From Leucoraja erinacea (taxonomy: Eukaryota): a stretch of DNA of 64,000 bases. The position numbers and the translations under genes are program-made. The DNA is taken from NCBI RefSeq assembly GCF_028641065.1, contig NC_073387.1, forward strand, positions 24,366,001-24,430,000, in the 5' to 3' direction. Positions within the stretch are counted from its first letter, which is position 1; the number at the start of each line of letters is the position of its first letter. Under the pieces are notes generated by a model. The model saw only the letters and a list, made by a program, of their open reading frames with translations, was not told where the DNA came from and made no database searches. Of this stretch, positions 38,001 to 50,959 are shown one piece after another.

Positions 38001-41000
38001 TGCAATTAATTAATAGTCATTGTACCAGGTAACCATGTAACCATCACAATACAAAGCCGACGTCCCTAGTATAGTGCAGGCAGTTTGTAGTTTGGGGTTT
38101 AGTTGGAGTTCGTAGTGTTCACGAGCCTGATGGTTGTTGGGATGAATCTGTTACTGAAAAAGACACAAAGTGCTGGAGTAACTCAGCGGGTCAGGCAGCA
38201 TCTCTGGAGAATATGGATAGGGGATGTTTCAGGTCGGGACCTTTCTTCAGACTGATTGTAGGGGTGGAGGGGATGAATGTATGAATGTTGGTGGTGATGA
38301 CCCCCCCCCTCTTTGTGCCCCCTCCCTCCACCAGCTAATGCGGAGGCTCTGCAGGAGATGCTGAAGCAGCATGAAGAGATGAAGCTGCCAGAGCACAGGT
38401 GAGGGGACGCTGAGCGCCGGGCCGCGTGGGACCGGTCACGCAGCCTGACCCACCCCTGACACCATCCGCCGTCCCACGTGGTGCAGAGGTAGGGCCTCTG
38501 TAAATTGTCCCTAGTGTGTAGGGAGTGGATGAGAAAGTGGGATAATATAGAACTAGTGTGAACGGGCGATCGATGGTTGCCGTGGACTTTATTGGGCTGA
38601 AGGACCTGTTTCCATGCTGAATCTTTCAGAAAAAAACTTCAACCTGTCTAAAACCTGCCCAGACAGGATTAATTCGGGGTGATCAGCATGGTTTTAGACG
38701 CGGGAGATGGTGTCTCACAAATTTGATTCAACTACTTGAAGAAGTAAACAAGAATCCCCCCCCCCCAGCTTCTTCTTCTTCTTCTTTGGAGTTTTACGGC
38801 AGCCGGCATCCGCAATGTTGCATTGCTGCCACCTTCTGGCTTCATTCCACAGTACTCATGACTTTACATTATATCCTTTTTATAAGCCCAGAGGCCCTCA
38901 AGAAATCAAACAACAACTTTATTCCTTTTCCTTTCCCTCCACACTCTAGAATGTTCTTTACTGATATTTCTGTCAATCCAATTTTCCTCATTTCAATGAT
39001 CATAAGCCCTCTTTCTGTCTCGTATCTCCTACATGCAATTAGGGCATGCTGAACTGTTTCTGGCTGATGGCATTCCTCACACAGCCCAGTAGGGTGTTTT
39101 CCCAATATTTTTAATGTGCTGTTCAGGTGAGTGTGTCCTATCCGTAATCTTATTAATACTACCTGTTCCCTCCTGTTCCCCCCCCTCTTCTTGCTGTAAT
39201 GCCCACTCTGTTTTGTAGCGAATAGAGGTGTCTCCCCTTTGTCTCCTGTTCCCAGTATTGTTGCCATTCCTGATTTATTTTCTTCCACACAATGTGTTTT
39301 CCTTCAGATTTGGATAGTTGTAAGTTTACCTCTATGTTTCTTTTTTTTACAGCCTCCTTTGCTAATTTATCCACCTTTTCATTCCCTTGAACACCAATGT
39401 GTGCTGGGACCCACAACAAAGTCACGTCACTGCCCCTCCTTGTCACTTGGCTTAATAGTAGCAGGATTTCATATACTAAGTCAGGCCGCCTATGGGATGC
39501 ACCAGACCCAATACTCTGGATTGCAGATAATGAGTCGCTACATATTAATACTTTACATGACTGCATCTGTTCCATCCACCGAACTGCCATCAAAATAGCG
39601 TACAGTTCCACTGTATATACTGTCAAATAGTTATTTGTTCTTTTGTAAAGCTCAACATTCATCCCCTGGACTACCACAGCCGCCCCTGTTGTTTCAGCTA
39701 CTGGGTCCTTTGATCCATCTGTGAAAATTAAGAGGTGTTCCCTGTATTTATTATCTATATGGTTATGATATTCTGTCTTTAGGTCTGAATTTTTGTTCCT
39801 CCTTTTTGCCTCCCATGTCTCCAGATCAACTTTTGGGATGTTCAGTAACCATATTGGCACAGATGGCCACAATACTGCAGGGCAAAACTCTTTGTCCTCT
39901 ACTCCCATGTCCCTTGCCACAACTCCTCCAACCCAGCCGAAGCTTCCAGACTGAGCCACCCCTCTCTCCCAGCACTCCTGTACTACCTGTTTTGTTGGGT
40001 GGTTCTCTCCATGACCCTTAAGGCTTAGCCAGTAATTAGCCATTAGTCGTCTGCGGCGCAGTCTCAATGGCATCTCCCCAGTTTCCACCTGTAGTGCACA
40101 TACAGGTGACGTCCGCACACCTCCTATACAGATTCTTAGAGCTTCCGCTTGGACTTTGTCCAACTCAGACAACACTGACTTAGATGCTGACCCTTAAGCT
40201 ATACTGCCATACTCTAGTCTGGATCTGATCAATGATACATAAATACGTTTAAGAGATAATACATCTGCTCCCCACTCTAAACCTGCCAAGCATCTCATTA
40301 CATTGATGGCTTTTTTGCATTTTTCAATTATTTTTGTAATGTGGACCCTCCATGTTAATCTGGAGTCAAAATGAACCCCCAGGAAACGGAAATGTTTTAC
40401 TCTTTCCAAATTGTTGCCGTATAGTTTTAACTGGACATCCTCTTTAATTTTTTTCCTTGTGAAAACCATTGTCTTTGTCTTCTCTATAGAGAATTTAAAA
40501 CCCCATTTCCCTCCCCACTCTTCCACCTGGGCTATCCCTTGCTGTACTTTTTCCACGATAAAATCTATATTCCTCCCCCTTCTCCATAGGCTGCCATCAT
40601 CTGCAAAGAGCGATCGCCCCATCACTGGTTGAATGTTTGCAAATATATCATTGATCATGATTGAGAATAGGATCGGGCTTATCGCACATCCCTGGGGACC
40701 CCCCCCCCCCCCCCCAGCTTCTGAAGGCAAGCAAGGCCATTCACTCCCTCAACTATCCTCAGGTGTTGCTACTTTTAGGAACAATGGACTTGGATCCCAA
40801 GGTCCCTCTGTTCATCAACATTCCTTAACGGCCTATAATTTTGCTGGAAGATAAACACAAAATGCTGGAGTAACCCAGCGGGACAGGCAGCTTCTCTGGA
40901 GGAATGGGTGATGTTTCTTCTCTTCTTCTTAAGCTGGCTATACCATACCCTTATTTGTCTTTGTTTCAATAACCTGGATGTCACAGACTGTGTCTGACCC

Positions 41001-43701
41001 ATCTTTATTTATTTATTTTATTTTTAAAACAAACAAACAGTTACCAAATTAAAATATTGTCAACTTTATCAACAATACACTCGACACAGTACTGCACAGT
41101 ACACGCCTCTTTGCATCACGGAACGGCACGCTGGGCATCTTGGAAAGGCGGCTCATGTTGCGTGGGGCCGGCTCTCGGGAAAGAACCCGTGCCTTGGGTC
41201 CTATGAGCAATTTCGACGGAGCGGGGGTAAGCTCGGTCAGAAACGCTCCACAACACCCCCCTCCCCCTGAGGAAGAACGCTTTGGCTGAAGGTAACCAAA
41301 TTCCTAACCCTGAGTAAATTGAGGTAAAAGCCTTTGGCTGAAGGTAGCAAGTCCTGCATGGCGTGTCGACTGATGCCTGCTATGGCGTGTCGACTGATGC
41401 CCGCTACCGGGAGCAGTGCCCCAGGCGGAAAATGTACATCGCCAACATGTGCCATCTAGGAAGGCGCTCGGAATACATATACCTCCGCAGGGTCCCGAGA
41501 TGGAGAGCCGCTACCTGGGTACGATCGCAGATCAGTGACTGACCGCCTTCCTCCAACGCGAGATTCAGAACCCCAGCAGAGACCCAGTGATTCCTATCTC
41601 CCCAGAAGAAGTTCACCAAACTCTGGATCATGGTGACAAAGATAGAAGACAGGACCAGGGTGGCCAGCTGGTACCACAAGATAGAGGCCACCACCTGATT
41701 TATGACCAGCGCTCTACCCTGGTAAGGGACCCCAACGAGGCCTGACCAGTGCCCTTTCATCTCCAGTTCCTGCCAGATCTCCGGCCAAGCCCCCTCAGTG
41801 GGACTCGGTTAGACCACCAGGTAGAGGTGGTGCGCGGTGCTCCACGCATAAGGTATCATCTCCTCCAGCTGGAGGTCCACCTCCCATTGACCCACAAGGA
41901 GTCTGGAACACTTTTCCCAGTTGATCCTGGCGGATTATGCAGCCGAGAAAATCTGCTGGCACTCGCACATCCTCCGCAGGTCGGTGAACTTAAGGAGCAT
42001 ACCATCGGCATAGGCCGAGAGAACCACCTCCACCCCCGGTCCTGGCAAAGCCAGGCCTGTCAACCTCCTCCGAAGAAGGCACAGGAATGGCTCCACATAG
42101 ACCCGAGTACAGCTGGCCTGACATGCAACATCCCTGGCGTGAATGGGGGCCAACAAAGAACCGTTAGCGTTAACGAGGCGATCTGCTCGCACGTACAAAT
42201 GCCGGATCCCTTCCACAAAATGCAGCCCAAGTCCAAACGCTTGCAGAGTCCCAAGAAGGTAGTTGTGAGTGATGGGATGATGTAGAGGGAGCTTCACTCT
42301 GTGTCTGACCTGTGCCCGTTTGTTGTTGCAGCCCGCTGTTCCCGGAGCCACTGACCACACTCTCCGCCGCTCCGTTCTCTCACCACCACACCGTGCACGG
42401 GGGCGGGACTGGGGTTCCCCACGCGGTGTGTCTGCACTGTAGCCGGCAGGGGAGGTCAGCGATAGGTCAGGCACGGAACCACCCACTGCGGGGCAAGGTC
42501 TGTGGCCCCAGGGGCGAGGTGACTGTCTTCTCCGTGGGCAGGTAAACCCCACCCCCCCTTGTGTGTGTGTGTGTGTGAGAGAGCGCAGCGCCAGAAACCC
42601 GGGTTCAATCCTGACCGCTGCTGTTGTCTGTGTGGCGTTTACATGCTCTCCCTGTAAGTCTGGGTTTCCTCCGGGTGCTCCAGTTTCCTCCCACATCCAT
42701 AAGACGCATGGGTTTGTAGGTTAATTGTCCCTCTGTAAATTTCCCCCAATGTTCATAAATTCTAGGAGTTGAATCAGGCCATGCGGCCCATTAATGTCTA
42801 CTCTGCCATTCAGCCATGGCTGATCTGTCTTTCCCTCTCAACCCCATTCTTCTGCCTTCTCCCCATCATCCCTGACACCCTTACTGATCAAAAAATGTGT
42901 AGGAGTGGAGAGAAAGTGAAATAACATAGAACTAGTATGAATGGGTGAATGATGGTTGGCGTGGACCAAGTCTGAGCTGGGATTGTCTGCTGGTTTCTGT
43001 CTGAGCTGGTATTGTCTGTTGGTCTCTATCTGAGCTGGCATTGTCTGCTGGTCTGTCTGAGCTGGGATTGTCTGCTGGAGCCTGAGCGTGGATAGTCTTC
43101 TGGTGTCTGAGCTGGGATTGTCTGCTGGTGTCTGAGCTGGGATTGTCTGCTGGTGTCTGAGCTGGGATTATCTGATGGTCTCTCTCTGAGCTGGGATTAT
43201 CTGGTGGTCTCTGTCTGAGCTGGGATTGTCTGCTGGTGTCTGTCTGAGCTGGGATTATCTGCTGGTGCCTGAGCTGGGATTATCTGCTGGTCTCTGAGCT
43301 GGGATTATCTGTTGGTCTCAGAGCTGGGATTGTCTGCTGGTCTCTCATCCTCTCTTCTTGCGCCAGGTTTAGGGTCACCCACATCGAGCGGTTTCGGACG
43401 GGGAAGGAGCCAAACCCGCCGCCCCTAGAGGAGTCACATGTCGCGTCGGTCAAGGACATGGCCACGGATCGGGGGGACGGGAGCGTGGAGTCGACGATCA
43501 CCGATACTGCGGCGTCGGAGCCCAGACCAGTGGTGAGTCTCTGTGTGTGTGTCTTTGTCTTTGTGTGTGTGTGTCTCTGTGTGTGTGTGTCACTAACCAG
43601 TGCTGCTCTCTGTCCTGCCCCAGGAGCTACTGGCCCCGCTGCCGCCAGGCTGCCCGTTGTTGACGGTGATGACGGGAGGAAGCGAGGCCCATGACCGGTG
43701 A
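34831..43701 (+). CDS. RELL2: RELT-like protein 2, join(34831..35020,37277..37339,38335..38398,42332..42541,43367..43532,43624..43701), about 256 aa
   Basis: Type III TM segment [23 protein letters not shown] then KGYRCRTS; [26 protein letters not shown]; SHHHTVH..CLHCSR; [17 protein letters not shown] (RFRV OXSR1/SPAK-binding motif). Head-to-head with HDAC3 as in human. Final exon uncertain. Confidence 0.88.
35045..36425. repeat. C/A-rich minisatellite (ccccacaccata)n in RELL2 intron
   Basis: Visible 12-mer repeat and variants; source of several spurious long ORFs. Confidence 0.92.
37277..37339 (+). CDS. RELL2: RELL2 coding exon 2
   Basis: [21 protein letters not shown]; ctgtag / gtgaga. 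Confidence 0.88.
38335..38398 (+). CDS. RELL2: RELL2 coding exon 3
   Basis: [21 protein letters not shown]; caccag / gtgagg. Confidence 0.88.
38769..40698 (-). mobile_element. Nimb/I-clade LINE, 5'-truncated (RT + RNase H + zinc knuckle), with TSD
   Basis: [16 protein letters not shown] (RT); [36 protein letters not shown] (RNase H); [17 protein letters not shown]. One stop (40194-40196) and one frameshift. (AAG)n tail. TSD C(n)AGCTTCT at 38756-38773 and 40699-40722. Confidence 0.88.
41003..42285 (-). mobile_element. Tx1/L1-clade LINE remnant
   Basis: [35 protein letters not shown]; A-rich tail near 41003-41025. Confidence 0.8.
42332..42541 (+). CDS. RELL2: RELL2 coding exon 4
   Basis: SHHHTVH...CLHCSR...GEVTVFSVG; ttgcag / gtaaac. 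Confidence 0.9.
42971..43345. repeat. 25-29 bp minisatellite x~14 (tctgagctgggattgtctgctggt...)
   Basis: Visible; ends about 20 nt before the RELL2 exon 5 acceptor. Confidence 0.9.
43367..43532 (+). CDS. RELL2: RELL2 coding exon 5
   Basis: [11 protein letters not shown]...; cgccag / gtgagt. Confidence 0.85.
43624..43701 (+). CDS. RELL2: RELL2 putative last coding exon
   Basis: Acceptor tcctgccccag after a 91-nt intron; [25 protein letters not shown]. No recognisable homology. Confidence 0.5.
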   Translation, partial: ELLAPLPPGCPLLTVMTGGSEAHDR

Positions 43702-43889
43702 CGCAGGGTCATAGGCCGCCCATGATGGAGGGGAGAGTCTACCGGCAACCTCGTTCCCCCTCCCGGTGGCACGGTGGCCCCCACAGTCCCGGGATTCCAG
43801 GGAGACTTGGTGGGGCCGGAGCGGAGGGATACGGGGGGGGGGGGGGGCAGGAAAGGGCTCCCCCACTCCTACCCCTCCCCCCCAGGCTG

Positions 43890-44620
43890 TGACCGCATGC
43901 GGGAAGTGTGGAATCACCGTCTGTATTAGCAGCGCCACGGGAGAGTATCGATCCTGGGCGTAAACATCACCACCAAGCACACCAACACCTCCACTTCCTC
44001 AGGGGGTTGTGGAAGCTCACCAAGTCTCCAGAACCCTCACCAACTCCGACAGATGCACCCTAGAAAGCATTCCGTCGGGTTGCTTCTTTTGGGAACAGCT
44101 CTGCACAAGACTGTGAGAGACTGCAGAGAATTGTGGATGTAGCCCAGACCATCACACAGACTAGACACCCCACCATTGACACCATCTATGCCACGCTGCC
44201 TCAGGAAAGCAGCCGACCTAATCAAAGACTTGCCCCTGTCCCACCCCCATCATTCCTTCTTCTCCCCGCTCCCATCCAGCAGAAAATACGGAAGCTTGAA
44301 AGCACGCACCACCAGACTCAGAAACAGCTTCTTCCCCTCTGTTATCAGGCTTCTGAACGGCACTTCCATAAGCTAGGGTGGCCGATCTTCCAACCTACCT
44401 CATTGAGAACATTGCACTTTTTCTCCGTAACTGTAATAGCATAATGTTGTAACACCATAACACTTCTGCACTCTGGTATTCTTCTTTTTGCACTACCTGT
44501 TGTACTTGTGTATGGCTTGATTGTATTTATGTCTAGTATTATCTGATGCGTTTGAATAGCACACAAACAAACAATTTTCACTGTATCTGGATACATGTGA
44601 CAACAATAAACTAATGCTAA
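43890..44620 (+). mobile_element. Decayed Rex1/Babar 3' portion
   Basis: PLPSSRKYGSLKARTTRLRNSFFPSVIRLLN; tail gtgacaacaataaac. Confidence 0.7.
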
Positions 44621-45170
44621 TGAATGTGTTCAATGGCCACACACACACGCGCACACACACACCCGGCTCCTGTCAGGGATTAATTAACAGTGCAACAAAC
44701 CCACACTGATTTTGGAGCCAGCGTTATTCCTCACTAGGAATGATCTTCAGTTCTCGGAAGTTAGAGGATTCTTAAACTAGAGGGCACTGCTTAAGGAGAG
44801 AGGGGAGTGATTTAAGTGAGACCACGGGGGCAATATTTTCACTCAAAGAGCAGTCTGTATCTGTAACAAGCTGCTAGTGGAATCTATACAAGCGGATACA
44901 ATTACAGCTTTTAAAAGAAAAGTCTGAAGAAGGTTTCCAACCCGAAACATCATCTTCCCATGTTCTCCAGAGATGCTGCCTGACCTGCTGAGTTACTCCA
45001 GCACTTTGTGTCCCTTTGAATTTTAAAGTACGTTTGGATAGACATACAGCACAGAAACAGGCCCCTCGGCCCAACTTGCCCATGCCGACCAAGCTACCCA
45101 ATCTACACTCGTCCTATTTACACGCATATGGACCACATCCCTCTAAACCTTTCCTATCCATGTACCTGTT

Positions 45171-45303
45171 CTTCTTGCGTATGGCGTGCACAGCCTAATG
45201 TTGTAGGACAACTTGTTCTATTTGAACTTACTTGATTATGCACGCCAGGTTGATTGCATTCGTCTAAACAGGGCGGACCATGTGAAGGTTGCAATCTTCC
45301 ACC
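45171..45303 (-). mobile_element. 133-bp retrotransposon 3' end with (AAG) tail and 13-bp TSD
   Basis: CCATGTACCTGTT at 45158-45170 and 45304-45316. The minus strand ends gccatacgcaagaag. Confidence 0.75.
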
Positions 45304-45464
45304 CCATGTACCTGTTAAATTGTCTTTTAAATGTTGTTATAGTACCTGCCTCAACTGCCTCCTCTGGCAGCTCATTCCGTATACCAACCACCCTCTGTGT
45401 GGAAAAGTTGGCACTCAGGTTCCTATTAAATCTTTCCTATTTCACCTCTTTCCTCTTTCACCTC

Positions 45465-45973
45465 TTGCCATAGAGGGAGTACAGAGAAGGTTCACCAGAC
45501 TGATTCCTGGGATGTCAGGACTTTCATATGAAGAAAGACTGGATAGACTCGGTTTGTACTCGCTAGAATTTAGAAGACTGAGGGGGGATCTTATAGAAAC
45601 TTACAAAATTCTTAAGGGGTTGGGCAGGCTAGATGCAGGAAGATTGTTCCCGATGTTGGGGAAGTCCAGAACAAGGGGTCACAGTTTAAGGATAAGGGGG
45701 AAATCTTTTAGGACCGAGATGAGGAAAAAACATTTTTCACACAGACTGGTGAATCTCTGGAATTCTCTGCCACAAGGTAGTTGAGGCCAGTTCGTTGGCT
45801 GTATTTAAGAGGGAGTTAGATGTGGCCCTTGTGGCTAAAGGGACCAGGGGGTATGGAGAGAAGGCAGGTACAGGATACTGAGTTGGATGATCAGCCATGA
45901 TCATATTGAATGGTGGTGCAGGCTCGAAGGGCCGAATGGCCTACTCCTGCACCTATTTTCTATGTTTCTATGT
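45465..45973 (+). mobile_element. Young 5'-truncated CR1
   Basis: AIEGVQRRFTRLIPGMSGLSYEERL...; nearly identical to the 7412-7915 copy; (ctatgttt) tail. Confidence 0.9.
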
Positions 45974-47699
45974 TAAACCTAATTTAAGGTTTCTGGTTCT
46001 TGGCTCTCCTGCTCTGGGTAAAAGACTCTGCACATTATGTTTAGGACAGGTTTAGAGGGATATGGGCTAAGTACAAGCAAGTGCGACTAGCGCAAAATGC
46101 CAACTTGGTCAGCATGGACAAGGTGGGCCGAAGGGTCTGTTTTCATACTGTGCAGCTCTGTGACAGTGTACAGCTCAGACCATCTACCCTGTGGTGTCTC
46201 TGAGGAAGACAATCCTCCACTCTCTCGCCCATGAGGATTTAGCCAAATCTCCTTTGATAGTAGCACACAAAATGCTGGAGTAACTCAGCAGCATCTTTAC
46301 TTTAGAGATACAGCGTGGAAGCAGGCCCTTTGGCACATCATATCCACACTGACCAGCGATCACCCCCTACACATACACCATCCTACACTCTAGGGACAAT
46401 TTACACAAGCCAATTAATCTACAAACCTGTACGTCTTTGGTGTGTGGGAAGGAACCGGAACACCTGGAGCAAACCCACGCTGTCACAGAGAGAACGCACA
46501 ATCTCCATGCAGACATCATCGACAGTCAGGATCGAACCCGGGTCTCTGGTGCTGCAAGGCAGCAGCTTTACCTTTGCGTTATGGTGCTGCCCACGTCTGG
46601 GGAACGTGGATAGGTGAGGCTTTGGGTCAGGACCCTTCTTCTGTCCTTTGAAATCTTCTGTGGTCGACTGATTCACATCAATGGCAAAGATGAAAATGGA
46701 ACGGGCCCTTTGGAGACGTGACCCAAGGGACACCCCCTTCATATCCGGGATGAGCTGAACAATCCTAGGGTCTGACTCCAACAGCTCCAAGGAGTCTTCA
46801 TATAACATGGTGTGTGTGGTGGACAGAGACCACTCGTACCTCTAGTCTGTGCTATCTCTGCTCCACACCAACCTCCTGCCCCCTCTCCATTCCCTCCCTC
46901 CCTCCCCCCACATCATCATTCCTGTTCCTTCCTTTAGTTTAGTTTATTTTAGAGATACAGAAATCATATCCACTCCCTACACACTAGGGGCAATTTACAG
47001 AACCCATAAACCCACACGTCTTTGGGGTGTGGGAAGAAACGTGGACCCACGCAATCACAGGGAGAACGTACAAACTCCATACAGACAGCAGCTGTAGTCA
47101 GGATTGAACCCTTGTCTCTGGCACAGTGAGGCAGCAACTCTACTGCTGTGCCATTGTGCCGCCCAATACAGATGGCCCACTCTTTGCACTGCCTGTTCCA
47201 CTTTGGATTGTTCTCTCTGGAACACCGGATGTTGCAGGGAGACCAGATAGAAGTATATAAAATTATGGGCTCCTGTCACCCAGCGTCTGGTCATTGTGGT
47301 CTCCCCTCGCCTGGCGAACCCTGCTCACAGTGGCTGCCTTTTACCACCGCAGTTGCGTGAAACTTAGTGTTTGCAATAATAGGTAGAAAATACTGGAGTA
47401 GAGACCCAAAATGCTGGAGTAACTCAGCGGGACAGGCAGCATCTCTGGTGCCGCGGAAGGAATGGGTGATGTCATCAATTTCGCAGGTGACAATCTTAAA
47501 CCAAGATCAATAAAAGTTCACGGTGAGACGCTGAGTAAGTTTGCCCACTTCCCTTCACTCTCTGTGTGACTGTGCCCGTGCAATGGGGCGCAGGGGTGGA
47601 GGGCTGACTGGGGTTGATGCTGGTGGAGAGGCCGGAGCTGGGATCGAACCCGCGGCCCCGGGGGCCATGTCTCCGCTCGCCGCAGAGGGCGCTGGTCAC

Positions 47700-47864
47700 G
47701 CGGCACCCACTGCGCATGCCTGGGGCGGAGTGGCAGCGCGGCTGTCCAATGGGATGCGCGGATCAGACGCTGCTTGTCCCGGTCTGGGCCAATGAGCGCG
47801 AGGCGGGGGCGGGGCGAGACCGCGGTGAGTGTCGGCCTGAGGCCCGGCGGCGGCGGCGGCGGTG
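47700..47864 (+). promoter_or_regulatory. MED7 CpG-island promoter and non-coding exon 1
   Basis: TGCGCATGC (NRF1-like) 47711, GC boxes about 47722 and 47806, CCAAT at 47746 and 47789. Candidate donors gtgagt 47825 and gtgagg 47865. Acceptor of the coding exon at 49682. Confidence 0.7.
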
Positions 47865-48177
47865 GTGAGGAGAGGAGGCGAAGAGGAGGAGAGGTGAGGA
47901 GGAAGAGGGAGGAGGGGGCAATAGGGAAAGGTGGGGAGAGATGAAGGGGGAGGTGAGGGAACATGGGGGTTGAGAGGTGGCCAGGGAGGGATGTAGGAGG
48001 AGGAGAGGTTAGAGGGAGTAAGGGGGAGTGAGCTGGGAGGGGAGCATCATCATACAGCACAGAAATGGGCCCTTCGGCCCAACTTGCCCGTGCTGACCAA
48101 CAAGTCCCATCTACACCAGTCCCACCTGCTCGCGTTTGGCCCATATCCCTCTAAACCTGTCCTATCCAGAAACCTTC

Positions 48178-48487
48178 CAGAACAAGGGGGTCACAGTTTA
48201 AGGATAAGGGGGAAATATTTTAGGACCGAGATGAGAAAAACATTTTTCACACAGAGAGTGGTGAATCTCTGGAATTCTCTGCCACAGAGGGTAGTTGAGG
48301 CCAGTTCATTGGCTATATTTAAGAGGGAGTTAGATGTGGCCATTGTGGCTAAAGGGATCAGGGGGTATGGAGAGAAGGCAGGTACAGGATACTAAGTTGG
48401 ATGATCAGCCATGATCATATTGAATGGCGGTGCAGGCTCGAAGGGCTGAATGGCCTACTCCTGCACCTATTTTCTATGTTACCTATG
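48178..48487 (+). mobile_element. CR1 3' end in MED7 intron
   Basis: GHSLRIRGK.FRTEMRKTFFTQRVVNLWNSLP; tail. Confidence 0.85.
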
Positions 48488-49702
48488 TCCTGTGGCTCTC
48501 CATTCCCCTATTCTGGGTAAAATACTGTGTATTCACTCTGTCTATTCCCCTCATCATCCTATACACGTCTTTAAGATCACCCCTTATCCTCCTGCATTCT
48601 AAGCAATTACATCCCAGCCTGCTCAACCTGTCACTATAATCTCAGGCCCTCCAGTCCATGCAACATCCTCACAAATATTCTCTGAACTAAACTCAAACTA
48701 AACGACATCCAGCCTATTGCAGGGCAACTAAAACTGAACACAATACTCCTAGTGCGGCCTCACCAGTGCCTTGTACAGCTGTAACATATCATCCTAAACT
48801 TCTATACTCAACCATACTGTCTGTCAGAATACTTTACGGATGCGGTTCATAGAATAGGCTAGAGATGAAGGTGCGGATCTGGAAGGTTTGAGCTTTAAGG
48901 AGAGCTTGGGTCATTTTCCCTGGTGTGTCGGAGGCTATGGGCTCAGTGGCCATTTCTTACTGTAGCTTATGACGACTTAACACTTTGTCATCACAAATTT
49001 CTTGGTCAGTGCCAGTTATGACTCCTAGAAATGATTTAATGTCTCAGATTTTCTACGGGGATATTTATACAGCAGATTTAAAGTTGGAGGTGCATCCCAA
49101 GGGAGAATATTCTAGACCTGCTGTCTCATGTCGCCAAAGATTCCGATTTGATCCTGACCTTGGATGCTATTAGTGTGGAGGTTGCACGTTCTCCCTGTGA
49201 CCGTGTGGGTTTCCTCCTGTTGCTCCGGTTTTCTCCCACATCCCCAGGACGTTCAAGCTTGTAGGTTAATTGGTCTTTGTAAATTGCATCTAATGCGTCA
49301 GGAGTGGATGCAAAAGTGGAATAACATAGAACTTGTGTGCAGAAACAAAGAACAACAGATGCTGGTTTACACCAAAGATAGATACAAAGTGCTGGAGTAT
49401 TTCAGCAGGTCAGTCAGCATCCCTAAAGAAAATTAATGAGTAACAGACATTTAAAGTCTGAAGAAGGGTCCCAAAGTCACCTATCGTTTTTCTCCAGAGA
49501 TGCTGCCTGACCCGCTTAGTTCCTCCAACATTTTGTGTCTATCTGTGTCAGGAAGCATCTCTGGAAAGAAAGAACGGGTGACGTTTCAGGTCGGGATCCT
49601 TCTTCAGACTGATGTCTACTTGAGTATACGTGACGATAAAGTGTTATTGACTGTTTAACGAACATATTGCTCTCCCTTTCAGGCCAACTGAGATCAGGCA
49701 CC

Positions 49703-50386
49703 ATGGGTGAGCCTCAGCAGGTGAGTGCTTTGCCCCTCCCTCCAGCCCAGTACTACAAGGAGTACACGGATGAGAACGTGCGCAAGGGCTTTGCCCCCAA
49801 GCCCCCGCCACCCATCCGGGACAACTACACAATGTTCGGCAACCAGTTCCAGTGTGACGATCTGATCATCCGGCCGCTGGAGGGGCAGGGCATCGAGAGG
49901 CTGCACCCTCCGCAGTTCGACCACAAGAAGGAGCTGAAGAAACTCAACATGTCCATCCTGGTGAACTTCCTGGACCTGCTGGACATCCTGATCAAGAGTC
50001 CAGGCAGCATCAAGCGGGAGGAGAAGCTGGAGGACCTCAAGCTGCTCTTTGTTCACATGCACCACCTGATTAACGAGTACCGTCCGCACCAGGCCCGCGA
50101 GACGCTGAGGGTCATGATGGAGGTGCAGAAACGGCAGCGGCTGGAGACTGCCGAGCGCTTCCAGAAGCACCTGGACCGGGTGCTGGAGCTGATCCAGGGG
50201 AGCCTGTCCTCGCTGCCTGATGACCTGTCCGCGACCCCCCACCTGCGGCCCAAGTCCGAGCCCATGGACATGGAGGAGGGAGGCACATGTGTCCAGCCGG
50301 GAGCGGAGGCCGAAGCTTTGGTGAAGGAGGAGGAGATCAGCGACATGGACCTGGCCATGTGCTCCATCATCGATGACATGACGTAG
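49703..50386 (+). CDS. MED7: Mediator of RNA polymerase II transcription subunit 7, 227 aa
   Basis: [25 protein letters not shown]...[41 protein letters not shown]...[31 protein letters not shown]. Kozak accATGG, stop TAG; single coding exon. Confidence 0.97.
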   Translation: MGEPQQVSALPLPPAQYYKEYTDENVRKGFAPKPPPPIRDNYTMFGNQFQCDDLIIRPLEGQGIERLHPPQFDHKKELKKLNMSILVNFLDLLDILIKSPGSIKREEKLEDLKLLFVHMHHLINEYRPHQARETLRVMMEVQKRQRLETAERFQKHLDRVLELIQGSLSSLPDDLSATPHLRPKSEPMDMEEGGTCVQPGAEAEALVKEEEISDMDLAMCSIIDDMT

Positions 50387-50959
50387 AGCGACCGTGAGCC
50401 AGCGAGCTGCGCCCGCTCTGTGTGCCAGGCTGCTGCAGAGGCCGAACACATGGGTAGGGTTTGTGATGGTAGTTAGTGCTGTAGGAGAGTCTGCCCTGAG
50501 GTGTGGTTGGGGCATGAGGGCTCGGACAGTCCGTGCAGAGGGGGGACGGCCAGGCTGGAGACTGTACACCGCGGATTCTCACAGCAGACATGCCCTGCGG
50601 AGGCCGGGCAGCCTCGGCCACCCTTGGAACATCCCCAAAGGATCAGCAAGCTGGAGTAACAGCGTGGCAGGCAGCATCCCTTGAGAACAGGGAAAGGTGA
50701 CCATTCAGGTCGGGACCCTTCGTCAGCCTTGACTTGAAACGTCACCTATCCATGTTCTCCATGTTGTCTGACCCACTGTGTTACTCCGGCACTTTGAGTA
50801 CTTTTCATAAGTTATAGGAGCATAATTAGGCCATTTGGTCCATAAATTCTACTACACCATTCAATCATGGCTGATCTATCTATCACTCTGAATCCCATTC
50901 TCTAGCCTTCTTCCCATAACCCCTGATACCTGTCACGACAGCACGTGTGGCACCTGTGC

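Noticed and set aside
46419-46808. MLYEDSLELLESDPRIVQLIP... as an exon of an extra gene
   Set aside because: No recognisable homology or convincing splice sites, and the ORF runs into a SINE. May be RELL2 3' UTR (AATAAA at 47509). A tBLASTn would settle it.
49703-50386. MED7 as a processed retrocopy
   Set aside because: It has an acceptor at 49682 and an upstream CpG promoter/exon; a single coding exon is normal for vertebrate MED7.
49694-50569. 291-aa antisense ORF over MED7
   Set aside because: Mirror frame of a GC3-rich coding sequence.
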